This document shows, one piece after another, positions 26,080-37,200 of a stretch of 57,930 nt of DNA (the stretch's first letter is position 1; each line of letters begins with the position of its first letter). The DNA is taken from assembly GCF_029250625.1 (NCBI RefSeq), contig NZ_JAQXEX010000032.1; one strand, written 5' to 3'. Source of the stretch: Poseidonia sp. (GTDB lineage Archaea; Thermoplasmatota; Poseidoniia; Poseidoniales; Poseidoniaceae). The notes below the pieces were generated by a model. That model saw only the letters and a list, made by a program, of their open reading frames with translations, ran no database searches and was not told where the DNA came from. The position numbers and the translations under genes are program-made.

Positions 26080-27369
26080 TCATTCGTCTTCCGAGTGCAA
26101 TACTACGGGCAAACGAAGGTCTTCTGTGATGGTTTTCGGTTCAATCAGCGTTTTGGTTTGGTTCACGTTAATGTCCAATTCCTCCAGTTTTTTACCCTGA
26201 GGGAGGACATTTCTATCCCATGAACCCACGGCCTTGTTGTAGAACTCTGTGGCTTTCTCCAGTCGCTTACCGACCTCGGAAAAGTGTTGACTCCATGTAG
26301 CCATCCGTTTGTAAAATTCTTGGGAAACTCCAACCACTTGAGCCGCTTCTTCTGCAAACCTAACTTGCTGCCAGTACAGGGCTGCTGTTTTCAGTAGTGC
26401 AATCATCGAGGCAGGACCAGAGATAATGACTCCCCGGTCCATTGCATCTGAATGCAGTGACGGATCGATTTCAAATGCTGATGAAATCAACGCCTCTGAA
26501 GGAACAAACATCACGACAAATTCGGCCCGTCCGCTGACACCTGAGAGGTAATCCTTGCGAGTCAGTTCTGTCACACGTCCACGCATGGATTTAGCGTGAA
26601 GGGCAATTTTTGCAGTTCGGGCGGCGGGGTCATCTTCGTCCAGTGATTCAAGATAGTGCTTTGCAGTTGTTTTTGCATCAATCGGTATCGCTCCGTTACC
26701 CGGTAGGTTCACTACAAAATCCGGACGTTTTCCTTGTTCGTCTCCTTTTTGCTCAAAGAAATCGGTATTTTTGGTCATACCAGCCATCTCCAATAGATTG
26801 CGAAGAGCTACTTCACCCCAATCGCCTCGTACACTGGAACTCTTTCGAAGAGCGGTTGACAAGGCATTGGCTTCTTTTCCGAGACGGTTGGTGTTTTCTT
26901 CAAGAAGTTGCATGTGCCTTTTCATCCCCTGATAGGCTGCTGCCCTCTCTTTTTCCAAGTCTTGCGACATTTTGTCAAGGTTTGATAGGGATTCGGTCAT
27001 GGGTTTGATCAGGTCAATCATTTCCTTCTTACGGGCTTCATGGTCCTTCTCTGCAGACGTACTGACCTTGCCGAGGCGTTCCTCAGCAAGTTGCAAAAAG
27101 ACTTCTGAATTTCGTTGTGATACTCGATTTGCAACGTTTTCCATTTGGGCCTCAAGGAGTTTGGACTTTTCTTCAAATGCCGTCTCACTTGCCGAAAGTT
27201 GGGCCTCTAGCATTCTAGATTTTTCCTGGAATGCTAGTTCCCTTGCTTCTGATTGTGCTTCAGCCCGTACGGCATCGGAACCAAATCTATTTTTGGCCAA
27301 AAGCCATCCAAGAGCGATTCCGATTGAACATCCTACAACCAGAAAACCATACTCAGCAATTCCCGCCAT
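26080..27369 (-). CDS. rmuC: DNA recombination protein RmuC family
   Basis: N-terminal TM helix (FLVVGCSIGIALGWLLA), a long coiled coil, then an RmuC nuclease-like core KRPDFVVNLPGNGAIPIDAKT (compare E. coli RPDVIVRLPQGKDVVIDAKT, from memory). Confidence 0.8.
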   Translation of the reverse strand: MAGIAEYGFLVVGCSIGIALGWLLAKNRFGSDAVRAEAQSEARELAFQEKSRMLEAQLSASETAFEEKSKLLEAQMENVANRVSQRNSEVFLQLAEERLGKVSTSAEKDHEARKKEMIDLIKPMTESLSNLDKMSQDLEKERAAAYQGMKRHMQLLEENTNRLGKEANALSTALRKSSSVRGDWGEVALRNLLEMAGMTKNTDFFEQKGDEQGKRPDFVVNLPGNGAIPIDAKTTAKHYLESLDEDDPAARTAKIALHAKSMRGRVTELTRKDYLSGVSGRAEFVVMFVPSEALISSAFEIDPSLHSDAMDRGVIISGPASMIALLKTAALYWQQVRFAEEAAQVVGVSQEFYKRMATWSQHFSEVGKRLEKATEFYNKAVGSWDRNVLPQGKKLEELDINVNQTKTLIEPKTITEDLRLPVVLHSEDE

Positions 27370-27447
27370 ATTCCCACATACTTGTCAACGGTATTTGAAG
27401 GAAATGTTCGTCTCAAAGTTCAAATCCTTCCTCTTCCTCAGGGGTTC

Positions 27448-28158
27448 ATGCTCTTTGAACAGTTGAATCAAAACGGTTGGGCCATGACCTACCTTGTAGT
27501 TGATGAAATAACAAAAGAGGCCGCATTAATCGACCCTGTCTATGATTTTCTAAACGAATATGTGGAGCGGCTCAAATCAGATGGGTTGAGCCTCAAGTAC
27601 TCCATTGCTACCCACATGCACGCAGACCATATTACTGCGTGCTTTTCGTTACAAAAACAGATGGGATGTCAATATGTTATGTGGAACTCAACTGCAAGCC
27701 TAGGAGTGGACTGTTACGTCGATGACGAAGAGAAATTGATGGTTGGAACCGTACCGATTCAGTTTCACCACTGTCCGGGGCACACAGCAGATTCGATGAT
27801 TGTACATGTGCCCGGTCGGATGATGACTGGTGATTTTTTGTTCAACGGTGAAGGCGGAGTTGGAAGGGACGACCTGCCCGGTGGACGCTTAGAACAGCAC
27901 TGGGATTCTCTCTCCGTGTTGAACCGGTTTTCTGGTAACACTCTTGTTTGTTCTGGCCATGAACCGCCTGGGACCGAAATGATGTCTCTGGATTGGAATC
28001 GTGAGCATAATCCCATCTTGAAGATGGCGGATTTTGAAGCGTTCAAACAATGGCAGGAGGCGACTTCTGAGCAACTAGGGGCAGTTTCAAAAATCAAAAT
28101 CGCTGTTCCTGCGAATCTCTTTGCTGAAGTTCCCGACGTCATTCCGTGGCTGAATTGA
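27448..28158 (+). CDS. MBL-fold metallo-hydrolase (ETHE1/glyoxalase II-like)
   Basis: THMHADHITA (H-x-H-x-DH), HCPGHTADS, GDFLFNGEGGVGRDDLPGG and CSGHEPPG. The track start at 27382 is a TTG only 12 nt from the divergent rmuC start, so I prefer the ATG at 27448 (MLFEQLNQNGWAMTYLVVD). Confidence 0.75.
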   Translation: MLFEQLNQNGWAMTYLVVDEITKEAALIDPVYDFLNEYVERLKSDGLSLKYSIATHMHADHITACFSLQKQMGCQYVMWNSTASLGVDCYVDDEEKLMVGTVPIQFHHCPGHTADSMIVHVPGRMMTGDFLFNGEGGVGRDDLPGGRLEQHWDSLSVLNRFSGNTLVCSGHEPPGTEMMSLDWNREHNPILKMADFEAFKQWQEATSEQLGAVSKIKIAVPANLFAEVPDVIPWLN

Positions 28159-28161
28159 TGC

Positions 28162-29313
28162 TTACTTCAACGGATTTGAAGGTGCTTTGACCTTCTTAGG
28201 TTTTGATGGCAGGTTCTGCAAGTCCTCAAATGACATTTGTTCGGTACTCGTTTCTTCTATCGCATTCAGTCGCTCTTCCATACCCATTCTCACGTTAAAG
28301 TCAATTCGGCCTTTGTTTCGTGTCAAATCGTATGACAGTGGGTTGAGTGTGTCAATGACTTGTTCCTGGAATTCTTTACGAACTCGTTGCCCTCTCCAAG
28401 AAGAATATCCCCAACGGTACGAAATGCCGACGATTGCAGCACCGTACATCAAGGAAAGAACAACGGCTGCAAACAGTACAGCATTTCCACCGATATCTCT
28501 CGATTCTTCCAACAGATTCCGTCCAAGTAAAAACACCAATCCGATTCCAACAATGGGATTGAGAACACCCTCAAGCCATTGGTCAACGGGGACAAGCCTT
28601 CCTTTTGCCGGGTCAACGAAAACCAAGTCTGCTTCGAACGCAGTATTCAGCACGGAAAGAATGGAGAGTAAAACCATGTACAACAGCGATGAAACAATCA
28701 ACTCTATGGTCCAAGATTCAAGGCTCAGCACCCAATGGACGATCAGCCACGCAAACAAGCCAAGAAAAGCTGCTTGAGGAACGTAATTAAAATGCTCAAT
28801 GTGTTGGGAAAATTCAGTGATGGACGTTTCGTTTTCCTTGGCCCCACGGTGTGGCTTAGGTATGTGAATTACCTGCCAGTGCATGACACGTTCAATGTAA
28901 CGAAGACCCGAAATCAAAAACTTACGGCGGATGAGGACGAACTCAATGAACAGCATGAATGGAAATCCGATAAGGACGACAGGCAAGGCCATGATAGCGG
29001 TTAGGGGTAAAATGAGCAATGCGGGAAGTAGAAGAAAGTGAGACAGCGTGAGTGGATGAAGCATTTCTGCCTCAATCAGTCGTTGCTTTGCAGGGCTGAT
29101 TCGTAAATTCCGAGCGATGTCATCAAGAGTTTGCGAGAATGAAGACACCTGATTTCCCGAGTCAACAATCTGTCGCACAATCGTTCGGTATTCTGAAACT
29201 TCATGCCCGATTCCAACCCACATCTGCCAGGCGAGACGCATTGGAAGGGCCATGATGAGGGGGAGAGCAAGTATTCCTGCACCCCAAAGCAAGGCCTGAA
29301 CATCCGTCGCCAT
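28162..29313 (-). CDS. Hypothetical polytopic membrane protein (383 aa)
   Basis: About 8 hydrophobic helices and a C-terminal charged tail. No family recognised. Confidence 0.55.
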   Translation of the reverse strand: MATDVQALLWGAGILALPLIMALPMRLAWQMWVGIGHEVSEYRTIVRQIVDSGNQVSSFSQTLDDIARNLRISPAKQRLIEAEMLHPLTLSHFLLLPALLILPLTAIMALPVVLIGFPFMLFIEFVLIRRKFLISGLRYIERVMHWQVIHIPKPHRGAKENETSITEFSQHIEHFNYVPQAAFLGLFAWLIVHWVLSLESWTIELIVSSLLYMVLLSILSVLNTAFEADLVFVDPAKGRLVPVDQWLEGVLNPIVGIGLVFLLGRNLLEESRDIGGNAVLFAAVVLSLMYGAAIVGISYRWGYSSWRGQRVRKEFQEQVIDTLNPLSYDLTRNKGRIDFNVRMGMEERLNAIEETSTEQMSFEDLQNLPSKPKKVKAPSNPLK

Positions 29314-29413
29314 ACCTCTCCCTCATACCGCCCAAGCGTTTGGGGTTGTTGAAAGCCATGGTTCGTATTTCTATGAAGCGAAGGTTCATCCACTTCATGC
29401 TGAACCCGATGTT

Positions 29414-30397
29414 ATGGCTCGAATTGCTATTACAGACGGGATGGACAAAAAGGCTGTTGCCATTCTTGAGAAAGCAGGTCACGAAGCCATCGTTGAATCC
29501 ATTTCCGCTGAAGATTTATTGAATGGAGCGCTACAGGATTTCGACGCCATTGTCGTGCGCAGTGCTACTAAATTAACGGGCCCTGTGATTTCTGCCTCTG
29601 GCGGACGACTGAAAGTCATCGGTCGTGCAGGAGTTGGTGTTGACAACATTGACCTGAAGGTTGCTGGTGAAGCAGGTATTGTCGTCGTCAATGCACCAAG
29701 GGCAAGCACACAGTCCGTGGTTGAACTTACGCTCGGTCATCTCCTTTCATCCATCCGTCACATACCAAGGGCAGACCGTGGACTTCGCGCTGGCTTTTGG
29801 GAAAAGAAGGCGCTCAAGGGCTCCGAACTTTCTGGCAAGGCCCTTGGTTTGATTGGCTTCGGCCGAATCGCCCAATCGGTTGGGAATGTGGCCCAAGCCC
29901 TCGGAATGGAAGTCCACGCCTACGATCCATATCTTCCTCCGAAGATCGCAAAATCACAAAACACACGGCTTCACAAAACCGTTGACGCCTTATTTTCGAA
30001 CTGTACTCACGTTTCAATACATTGCAATTTGACCGATGAGACGCATCATTTGGTCAATCTTGAGCGCATCTCCTTGATGCCAAAGTTTGGAAAAGATGGT
30101 GCTGAATGCGGGAATCACATCATCAACTGTGCCCGTGGAGGCATTGTTGACGAGGACGCAGTACTCCAAGCATTGGAGTCGGGCGATTTGTCCACTGCCG
30201 CACTGGATGTATTTGAGAACGAACCGGTTCCTGCTGACCATCCGTTGCTTCAGGTCACCTCCTTCCACGGAACTCCCCATATTGGCGCTGCAACCATCGA
30301 AGCACAAGCACGGGTTGGGGCCGATATTGTTGCAAATGTGATGACTGTCTTGGACGGAAATGATTCCGATTGTACCGTTAATCGTCAGTTCCTTTGA
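29414..30397 (+). CDS. serA: D-isomer-specific 2-hydroxyacid dehydrogenase, SerA-like (D-3-phosphoglycerate dehydrogenase without ACT domain)
   Basis: LKVIGRAGVGVDNIDL, NAD motif GKALGLIGFGRIAQSVG, and the catalytic region NCARGGIVDEDAVLQAL...TPHIGAAT. Substrate not determinable from sequence. Confidence 0.75.
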   Translation: MARIAITDGMDKKAVAILEKAGHEAIVESISAEDLLNGALQDFDAIVVRSATKLTGPVISASGGRLKVIGRAGVGVDNIDLKVAGEAGIVVVNAPRASTQSVVELTLGHLLSSIRHIPRADRGLRAGFWEKKALKGSELSGKALGLIGFGRIAQSVGNVAQALGMEVHAYDPYLPPKIAKSQNTRLHKTVDALFSNCTHVSIHCNLTDETHHLVNLERISLMPKFGKDGAECGNHIINCARGGIVDEDAVLQALESGDLSTAALDVFENEPVPADHPLLQVTSFHGTPHIGAATIEAQARVGADIVANVMTVLDGNDSDCTVNRQFL

Positions 30398-30452
30398 CAC
30401 AATCTTGATTCTTATGCACAAGTTCAAACACGGTTGACATGAACAAGCGGTT

Positions 30453-31583
30453 GTGAACGTCGTGGTTAAGGAGGCAACGACCACCAGTCGAATCTTGATT
30501 CATTGTGACTTGGACGCTTTTTTTGCAGCTGTTGAAGTATTGCATCACGGATTTGATGATGAAACTCCACTCATCATTGGTTCAGACCCCAAGCAAGGAC
30601 GAGGTCGTGGCATTGTCTCCACGTGCAATTATGCTGCGCGGGTGTTTGGGGTACGGTCGGCTATGCCGATTTCAGAAGCATGGCGGCGTTGTCCAGGCCA
30701 CCCCTACGGCCCCGCTCGTTTTATTTCCGGAACTCGGGGATTGTACTCAAGGGCGAGTCGAAAAGTTATGGCCATCTTAAGGGATACATGTTCCATTTTT
30801 GAGCAGGCAAGCATCGATGAAGCCTACCTTGATGTGACCGATGAAGTGGAAGGTGACTGGGACCGTGCCCTCGCACTGACTCGGGACCTTCAACGCTCCA
30901 TACAGGAACAACTGGCATTATCGGCATCCTTTGGAATCGGACCGACTCGTATTTTAGCAAAAATGGGCAGTGAAGAGCGAAAACCAGGAGGGATCTTTCG
31001 GATCATGCCTGATGAAATTCAGGACTTCTTCCGTGGCCGCTCAATGCGAGAAGTGCCGGGGATTGGACCCAAGCGGGCCACTCAGTTGGCTGAATGGGGT
31101 TTGACCACCGTTGATGAAGCGAGTGAATTGGGTGAACTGGCTTTAGCTCGTATTTCAGGAGAGCGTTTTGCCTCGTGGTTGCAAAGGGTTGCAGAAGGTG
31201 AAAGCAGCAGTGAAATCAGTCCGATCAGAAGTCGGAAATCCATCGGTAAAGAGCACACCTTTGAAACGGACCAATCCGACCATGAATCCGTACTTCACCA
31301 ACTCGAAGTATTGGTGAATTTGGTCATGAACCGTGCTCAAGATTTAGGGGTTTCAGGGAGACTCGGTGAAGTAAAAATACGTTATACTGGTTTTGAAACA
31401 CACACCTCTGGAAGAAGCATTCCGGTGGCTATGGACGACGAAGGTGTCTTTCTTCGTCTAGCAAGACAACTCTTTGCAACCAATGTGGACGCGTCTGCTT
31501 CGGTTCGGCTCGTTGGCTTCCGTTTGGGTCAGTTAGAGATACCTGATACAAAGCAAACCATGTTGTTTGATGAAGAGGAATGA
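30453..31583 (+). CDS. dinB: Y-family DNA polymerase IV (DinB/Dpo4)
   Basis: ILIHCDLDAFFAAVE, SIDEAYLDVT, SFGIGPTRILAKMGS and VPGIGPKRATQL. GTG start in the track; no SD seen, so the exact start is uncertain. Confidence 0.88.
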   Translation: MNVVVKEATTTSRILIHCDLDAFFAAVEVLHHGFDDETPLIIGSDPKQGRGRGIVSTCNYAARVFGVRSAMPISEAWRRCPGHPYGPARFISGTRGLYSRASRKVMAILRDTCSIFEQASIDEAYLDVTDEVEGDWDRALALTRDLQRSIQEQLALSASFGIGPTRILAKMGSEERKPGGIFRIMPDEIQDFFRGRSMREVPGIGPKRATQLAEWGLTTVDEASELGELALARISGERFASWLQRVAEGESSSEISPIRSRKSIGKEHTFETDQSDHESVLHQLEVLVNLVMNRAQDLGVSGRLGEVKIRYTGFETHTSGRSIPVAMDDEGVFLRLARQLFATNVDASASVRLVGFRLGQLEIPDTKQTMLFDEEE

Positions 31584-31585
31584 AC

Positions 31586-34078
31586 TCATTCCAACTTGTG
31601 CATTCGAGTGAGTGTGCCTTCGAACTCAGCGAGTGATTCTGGGACTGTTATGCCTTGAATCGGTTGGTTGAGTGAGGTTCCAGCATCTTTCTTTGCACCC
31701 CATACATGTCCATTGAATTCTTGAAGTTCAGTGGACAGTTTGCAGAGCCGTTCTCCTTCTTGAGTTCCTGCAGCGACCTCGGCAAATGCTTGGCGTGGGA
31801 ACGCATCAACATCCACTGAAGAATTGCCGTAGACGGTTTGTGAGATGTGATGGGTGAAAAATGGACAAACCGGGCTAAAGGCAGCCATGAAATCCCGAAC
31901 AACGCGATGAAGCGTCCATGCCGCAGCGACATCATCGTCGTAGAGTCTCGACTTGACCATCTCAAGGTAATGACTTGGGAGCAACCCGGTACCAAATGTC
32001 TTGAGTGCCTGAGTGGCTGTGTAAATATCGAGGTTGCTCCATGCTTGTTCAACTGTATTCATGGTGCGCTGGAATTCGGCAAGGATCCATCGGTCTTCAG
32101 GTTCAAGATGTTCAGGTTCCTCATCAAGATCCCCAGGGACTTCGAACTGAGATGCAAATCGCGCCACATTGAACAGCTTGGTGAGGACTCCAAAGTACTT
32201 CTTTTCAATCTCTTCTGGATTGATATGGAAATCATCACCGACTTGTGCATCGCAGGCCTTCCAAAGGCGGAAACATTCACTTCCAATTTTGTTGGCCCGA
32301 AGACTGACCGTCTTATCGGGCCCTTTGACTTTCCATGAACCTGTTCGTCCACCTGCGCCGCATTCAAGTACAGAATCTGCATCAATTCCGTTCCCCAAGG
32401 ATTTACTCATTTTCCGACCCCATGGGTCCATTCCGAGCCCATCAATCCATACATGTTTGAAACCAGGTTGATCAAGGACCAATGTTGACTTCAATAGGGT
32501 GTAATACAGCCATGTTCTGACGATTTCTTTTCCTTGTGGCCTGAATGCGGTAGGGAATGCTTTCTCAAATACCTCTGGGTGATTCAAGTACCCACTCACA
32601 AACAAGTTTGAGTTGGATGAATCCATCCATGTGTCAAACACTTTTTCCTCTCCAGTGACTGAACCCAGTGTCCCTTCAAGCTCATGATAAGAACCGAGGT
32701 CTTCACGGTTCATCCGGTCGAGAACCCGACTACCTGTGGGAGGTGCTTCCCTCCAAGGTTGTACATAGGTTCCTGAAGGTGGTACGATGACTTTGGTTTC
32801 GTCCTCGCTGTACCAAATAGGAATCTCTGTATGGTACCAACGCCGACGGCTGATGGGCCAATCAATGCTGATGTTGTCCATCCAATCCAAGAGGAATTGG
32901 CGATTACGAGGTGGATGGAATTCGATTTCATCAACATGTTCCTTCATCTTGTCTTGGATGTGAGTCTGCCGAACATACCATTCTTTCAGAAGGATAATTT
33001 CGACGGGATTTTTTCCCCGTTCAGAAACTGGAATGTCTTGGTTTCGTTCCACGGCTTGAACGAGGTCTCCTTGGACTTCGAGTGCATCTATGGCTGCATG
33101 ACGTGCGTCAATGACTTTCATACCGGATAGAGGTCCAGAAACATCGGTCATTTTCCCGTCCAAATCAATGGCTTGGAATGGAGTGAGGCCAAGTTCACGG
33201 AATACTGCAACGTCGTTTTGGTCTCCAAAAGAACACACCATGAGGATTCCAGTACCAAAATCTGACTTCACAGACGGGTGAGTCATGATCTTGACGGTCT
33301 TTTCCCGACCGTTTGTCTCCAATGGGAGCGTGACATTTTGACCGATAAGATCGGTGTATCGTTCATCGTCCGGATGGACCACAACGACGCCGCATGCACA
33401 AATCATTTCTGGACGCGTGGTTGAAATCACCAATTCAGTACCGTCCTCGCAGGTCCAACGAACATCAACAAGTTTGGTCTTCCTTGGAAGTCGTTCAACT
33501 TCAGCGTCTGCGATTGTTGTTCCTTCAACAGGGTCGTAGATGTTCGGACGTAGGTCTTCTACGATGTCTCCTTTCTTGAACAGTTCAACGAAAATTGATT
33601 GAGTGACGCTTCTGTAGTCCGGAGCATCAGTGAGGTATTCACGCTCATAATCGCATGAAAGACCAACCCGCTTTCCGGTGTGGCGCATGGCTTCTGTAAA
33701 TTCTTCAATGGTCGTTCTGCAAAGTTCCAAAAATTCAGCACGGTCGTATGTTTTCATCTTTCTCTTTGTGTTCTTCTCAACAACAAATTCAATGTTGATT
33801 CCGTTTCGATCGACTCCCCATGGGAAGTAGACCTCTTTGCCGAGGAGTCGTTGACTTCTTGCGATCACATCAATCATTGAATATTGGGCCACTGCTCCAA
33901 TGTGCCACGTTCCTGACGGGTAGGGTGGAGGGGTGTCAATTACAAAGAGTTCCTTTCCTGAATCGGGGTTAAATGCATAACGTTGCGCATACAACGCATT
34001 GTCAGCATAATGGGCCTCTTGGATGCTTTTCTCTAGGTCAATCGACCATCTTTTTTCTGGTAATGCTGGAGATGGCAT
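31586..34078 (-). CDS. valS: Valyl-tRNA synthetase
   Basis: IDTPPPYPSGTWHIGAV (HIGH-region variant), editing-domain ISTTRPEMI...HPDDERY, DWPISRRRWYHTEIPIWY and KMSKSLGNG. I prefer the ATG at 34078 (MPSPALPEKRW...), which has SD GGTGA (34084-34088, minus strand) 5 nt upstream. The track start at 34186 adds 36 unlikely residues. Confidence 0.9.
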   Translation of the reverse strand: MPSPALPEKRWSIDLEKSIQEAHYADNALYAQRYAFNPDSGKELFVIDTPPPYPSGTWHIGAVAQYSMIDVIARSQRLLGKEVYFPWGVDRNGINIEFVVEKNTKRKMKTYDRAEFLELCRTTIEEFTEAMRHTGKRVGLSCDYEREYLTDAPDYRSVTQSIFVELFKKGDIVEDLRPNIYDPVEGTTIADAEVERLPRKTKLVDVRWTCEDGTELVISTTRPEMICACGVVVVHPDDERYTDLIGQNVTLPLETNGREKTVKIMTHPSVKSDFGTGILMVCSFGDQNDVAVFRELGLTPFQAIDLDGKMTDVSGPLSGMKVIDARHAAIDALEVQGDLVQAVERNQDIPVSERGKNPVEIILLKEWYVRQTHIQDKMKEHVDEIEFHPPRNRQFLLDWMDNISIDWPISRRRWYHTEIPIWYSEDETKVIVPPSGTYVQPWREAPPTGSRVLDRMNREDLGSYHELEGTLGSVTGEEKVFDTWMDSSNSNLFVSGYLNHPEVFEKAFPTAFRPQGKEIVRTWLYYTLLKSTLVLDQPGFKHVWIDGLGMDPWGRKMSKSLGNGIDADSVLECGAGGRTGSWKVKGPDKTVSLRANKIGSECFRLWKACDAQVGDDFHINPEEIEKKYFGVLTKLFNVARFASQFEVPGDLDEEPEHLEPEDRWILAEFQRTMNTVEQAWSNLDIYTATQALKTFGTGLLPSHYLEMVKSRLYDDDVAAAWTLHRVVRDFMAAFSPVCPFFTHHISQTVYGNSSVDVDAFPRQAFAEVAAGTQEGERLCKLSTELQEFNGHVWGAKKDAGTSLNQPIQGITVPESLAEFEGTLTRMHKLE

Positions 34079-34249
34079 GTGCCTCACCTGGCCCCGTCTC
34101 GGTGAATAAGTGGGTCCAAACTGCGCTGTGGCGGTCCTCATTTGAACCCCTCGCATCATTTTGAAAGAACACATATTGGTTTCCATATCATCATTTGGTG
34201 GTTAAGGCTTTCAATGAAGGGCGCCTCGGCTAAGCGAGGGGTGAATCGG

Positions 34250-37200
34250 ATGGTAAAGAAAGACGAATCCGTCCCTGCCTCCGATGGACGGAAATCCAGC
34301 GGAGAAAAATTGCGAAATTTTCGCAGTCAGGTCGTTGGCCAACTCAAAACGATTGATTCCAAACGGGGTATGGATGCAGTACTTGATGCCCCAAAGCGGA
34401 TGAAACGAGAGTGGCAGAAGTCGGGTGCCACCGGTGCAATTACCCGTTTCCCTATTCCAACAGTCCTTGTGTTCCTCTTGCTGACGGTGTACTTCGTCAC
34501 ACAATCCGGTTTCCTTGATGACACCCGGTTTGATGATGACCCCAACAACCCCGCTCTTAACGTCAACGGAGATATGGAAGTTTACCTCCCCGACGGCAGT
34601 CAAGTTGCCGAATTACTGGCAAAAGTCGAAGAAGATTGGTCCACCAATGTCATGGTTGTATACATCGAATCAGACAATCAAAACATCACTGATCAGCGTA
34701 TTTTACAAGAAATCAGTTACGTTGAGAGTATTTTGAATCCATACCTCTCGGATGATTCTGACGACGTCATTTACATTCTATCGCTCTCAACCGTCCTCAA
34801 AGAGGTCAATTCGAGTGCACCCCGAATTCGCGAGGCGTTGGTCACCGAAGCCGGAAACTTGGGCTGTGCTACCGGCCAAGAAAACTGTGCTACAGCAGGA
34901 CTGGCCGAACAACTCAACGACGCTCTTGAACTCACCGATGAGCAATTCGGGGGCTCGTATGAGATTCCAAGTCAAACCACCATTGACCTCGTTGTTGAAG
35001 AGATGTACGAGGAAGACGGTTCGCCCAGTTCGGGATTAAACAAACTCGCACGGGACGTCGGTGGTGGTGAAAATGGAACACCTGACGGTTTGCTTGACCG
35101 AGCGATCATGGCCATTGCGGTCACTGAGGAACGACCAGCAAAGGACATTATCGCCGACACTCAATTCATTCTTGACAACATTTCATCCAAGGACCGTCCT
35201 TGCTTGTTTGCAGAAGACGGTTCTCCTGCAGATAACAGCCTGTGCAACTGGGAGGACCTTGGCCTCTCAATGGTTTTGACCGGTCCCGTTCCAATCACCA
35301 ACGCCGTGACAGAATTTTCATTCCGTCTGTTCTGGGAAATCTTCCCGATGGCCGTTGTCTTGGTTGCTATTGGACTGTTCCTCTTCCACTCTGATTTACT
35401 GCAAGCAGGCTTGACTGGTATGCGTCCGATACAGGGTTTGAAGGTTCTTATCATCGCAGGGTTACCCACGTTATGCGCTGTGTTTTGGACGTTAGGACTG
35501 ATTGGGGCTACCAATTATGAAGTCACGATGACTGTGATTATTGTCGGGCCCATTTTACTCGCGTTAGGGGTCTCTTACGGTCTCCACATTACCAACCGGT
35601 ATGCAGAAGAAGAGGGGACACGTTCAGAAAAGATGAGAGCCTCATTGAATTCCACTGGAAAGGCTGTTTTCCTATCGGCAGTGACGACTGTTATCGGATT
35701 CATCTCCCTTGTGTTCACTCCAATGGCTCCAATCCAAACCGTTGGTATTGCTCTCTCGGCAGGAATTGTCATTGTGTATATCTTGACCATGTTCATGGTT
35801 CCCAACTTAACCCTCATCCTTGATCTCAAGAAACCGAAACATCCTCCACTGCGAGCATTTGACGTTTTGGTTGAAGTTCCTGTGAAATACAACAAGGGCG
35901 TCATCGGCGTCTTCCTGCTTCTGATTCTCCTTTCAGCAACTGTTGGCCAGGCCAATGTTGAAGAAAATATTGACCTCCTCGGAATGGCTCCCGAAGGTGA
36001 GTCTCCCGTTGTAAAAATGAAACAATACAGCAAGGAGTTTGAAGCAGGTCAAGTTGGTATGGTGCTCATTAATGCCAACGTGAGCGGAGACATCAGAGAT
36101 GGTGACCCGTCTAACGACGACCCCGCCACCATGCTGAAGAAAATAGATAATCTTGAATCAAAACTCAACGGGATTGAAAATACCACAGCCGTTTCAGTTG
36201 TGTTTTTGATGAAATCCTCCGGTGTAAAAGGAAGTATCTCAGGGGAACAGGCAAACACTTTCATTCAAGAAACTCCGTGTATTGTGGCCCAAGAGCAATG
36301 CGACGATTTCAAGGATTTGTCTGAGGTCCTTCTCGGTAACAATCTGGCCATCAATACTTCGTTCTGGGACCTCTTGACCGATCCAAGTGAATACGGTCTT
36401 CCCGGTTCTCGACAAACACAAATTTTCCTTCTTGATGTATTCTATGCGTCGCTTACCAAAGAAACTCGTGAAATTTTCGTGAGTGAAGATTTCAGCCGTT
36501 CGCTCATCTACGTTGATATGCCGTTCATTCCAGTTGCGGACACAGCTCGCAGTGTGGAGGTTGTTAACCAGAATACAGATTCATTCAGAGGTGACTTTGG
36601 CGAAACAGCAGAAGACCTTACGGGTGTGGCTGCAACAGCCATCGAAGTGAATCGTCTGATTGTTGGATCGCAGTGGACCTCACTCGGTTTCGCTATCATT
36701 CTCACACTGATCACCCTTGCAATTGTCTTCCGTGACGTGAGATATTCAATTTGGACAACGTCCCCCGTTATCGCCACAGTTGCCTTGCAGTGGCTTGTGA
36801 TGTGGCGGATGGATGTCCCGTTATCGCTTGTAACGGTGATGATCGGTTCTATTCTTGTCGGGGTCGGCGTAGACTTTTCTATTCACATAGCAAATCGTAT
36901 CCGAGAATTGGGAGGAGGGATTCAAGCCATACGCAGTGCCGCTGTTGGTACAGGTATGTCGCTGTTCGAAGCTGCAGTTGTGACCTCCCTTGGCATGTTT
37001 GCGGCGTACGATATTCCGATCCCGGAAATACGCCCGTTCATCACGGTCATCTTGATTCTCCTTTGGGTTGCTGCGGCAAGTGCACTGATTTTACTTCCTG
37101 CAATCTTTGTAACCCTCGAAAAAATGGGTATTGGTGCGGTTGGTGGGGCCAACGGTATGGCGAGGCGACTTGGCTTGGTTGAAGATGCATCATATGTCTT

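Noticed and set aside
25306-28158. RmuC/Nudix/MBL as a novel anti-phage defence system
   Set aside because: There are no ATPase, helicase, methylase, TIR/SIR2 or toxin-like partners. The flanks are core housekeeping genes, and RmuC is a common stand-alone repair gene. It is kept only as a low-interest finding.
34079-34249. N-terminal extensions of valS (to 34186) and of the RND exporter (from 34142) given by the ORF track, which would make the two genes overlap divergently by 45 nt
   Set aside because: Both have a GGTGA SD 5 nt upstream of an internal ATG (34078 and 34250). The extensions have no homology-like features, and homologous ValRS N-termini begin near the internal ATG.
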